A stretch of DNA of 32,000 bases from assembly GCF_001457595.1 (NCBI RefSeq), contig NZ_LN831039.1, positions 2,190,001-2,222,000 on the forward strand, written 5' to 3'. The position numbers and the translations under genes are program-made. The notes under the pieces are model-generated. The model did no database searches, had not been told where the DNA came from, and saw only the letters and a program-made list of their open reading frames with translations. The stretch comes from Mycolicibacterium smegmatis (lineage in GTDB: Bacteria; Actinomycetota; Actinomycetes; Mycobacteriales; Mycobacteriaceae). Positions 31,421 to 32,000 of this stretch are shown here, one piece after another. The number at the start of each line of letters is the position of its first letter. Within the stretch, counting starts at the first letter, position 1.

Positions 31421-32000
31421 TCAGCCCAGGATCCGGTCGCCCGCGCGTAACAGTGCGCTGGGCAGGTCGTGTCCGACGGCCCGCTGCGCCACGCGTGCGG
31501 CCTCGATCGCGGCCCGCAGGTCGATGTCGACCCCGATGTCGCTGTCGCGCAGCAGGTACACCAGATCCTCGGTCGCGATGTTCCCGCTGGCACCCGGCGC
31601 GAAGGGGCATCCGCCCAGCCCGCCCACCGAGGCGTCGAGCCGCGTGATGCCGGCCTGCACCGCCGCGTACGCGCTGGCCAGCCCGGCGCCGCGGGTGTTG
31701 TGGAAATGGGCGCCGAGAGGCAGATCGCCGATCAGCGGGCGCACCTGCTGCACCAGCGTCGTCACGCGCCGCGGTGTGGTGGTGCCGATGGTGTCGGCGA
31801 TGGCCAGCCGGTCGGCGCCGTATTCGACAGCGGCCGAGACGATGTCGAGGACACGCTGCGGGTCGGTGGGTCCGTCGAACGGGCAGTCCCATGCCGTGGC
31901 GACGATGACCTCGACCGAGGTGTCGCTGTCGTGCGCGATCGCGACGATGTCGGCGATCTGCGCGGTGGCCTCGGCGCTGGAGCGACCCACGTTGGCCTTG
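31421..32000 (-). CDS. Hydroxymethylglutaryl-CoA lyase family protein; start lies beyond the window
   Basis: VIVATAWDCPFDGPTDPQRVLDIVSAAVEYGADRLAIADTIGTTTPRRV...LGAHFHNTRGAGLASAYAAVQAGITRLDASVGGLGGCPFAPGASGNIATEDLVYLL. Confidence 0.9.
   Translation of the reverse strand, partial: KANVGRSSAEATAQIADIVAIAHDSDTSVEVIVATAWDCPFDGPTDPQRVLDIVSAAVEYGADRLAIADTIGTTTPRRVTTLVQQVRPLIGDLPLGAHFHNTRGAGLASAYAAVQAGITRLDASVGGLGGCPFAPGASGNIATEDLVYLLRDSDIGVDIDLRAAIEAARVAQRAVGHDLPSALLRAGDRILG

Overview
High-GC actinobacterial DNA. Gene content and protein sequences fit a Mycolicibacterium / M. smegmatis-like chromosome (inference). The window is mostly ordinary core genome. Its centre (about 10.46-25.9 kb, minus strand) is a complete 14-gene NADH:quinone oxidoreductase (complex I) operon, nuoA to nuoN, preceded by an orphan degenerate receiver-domain gene. 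The left flank (0-10.4 kb) holds: an FAD monooxygenase 3' end, an AraC-type regulator, a small membrane protein, an APH-like phosphotransferase with a hypothetical protein, a divergent TetR, a plus-strand catabolic-looking cluster (MHS-type MFS, NtaA/DszA-like flavin monooxygenase, LmbE/PIG-L deacetylase, Zn-ADH), an enoyl-CoA hydratase, and a second TetR. The right flank (26-32 kb) holds: YceI, a SnoaL-like protein, a methyltransferase, and a tightly overlapping ACAD / APH-like kinase / small DUF6285-like triad with a TetR gene and an HMG-CoA lyase upstream. No CRISPR, transposon, phage, tRNA/rRNA or defence system was recognised. The best leads are: (1) the ACAD-kinase-small protein triad, which resembles the LvaC/LvaA/LvaB 4-hydroxyacyl-CoA module; (2) the atypical receiver upstream of nuoA and the structured nuo leader; (3) a 26-bp tandem direct repeat between nuoD and nuoE, an inverted repeat between nuoF and nuoG, and an inverted repeat at the nuoN convergent junction, all candidates for dispersed mycobacterial intergenic elements.
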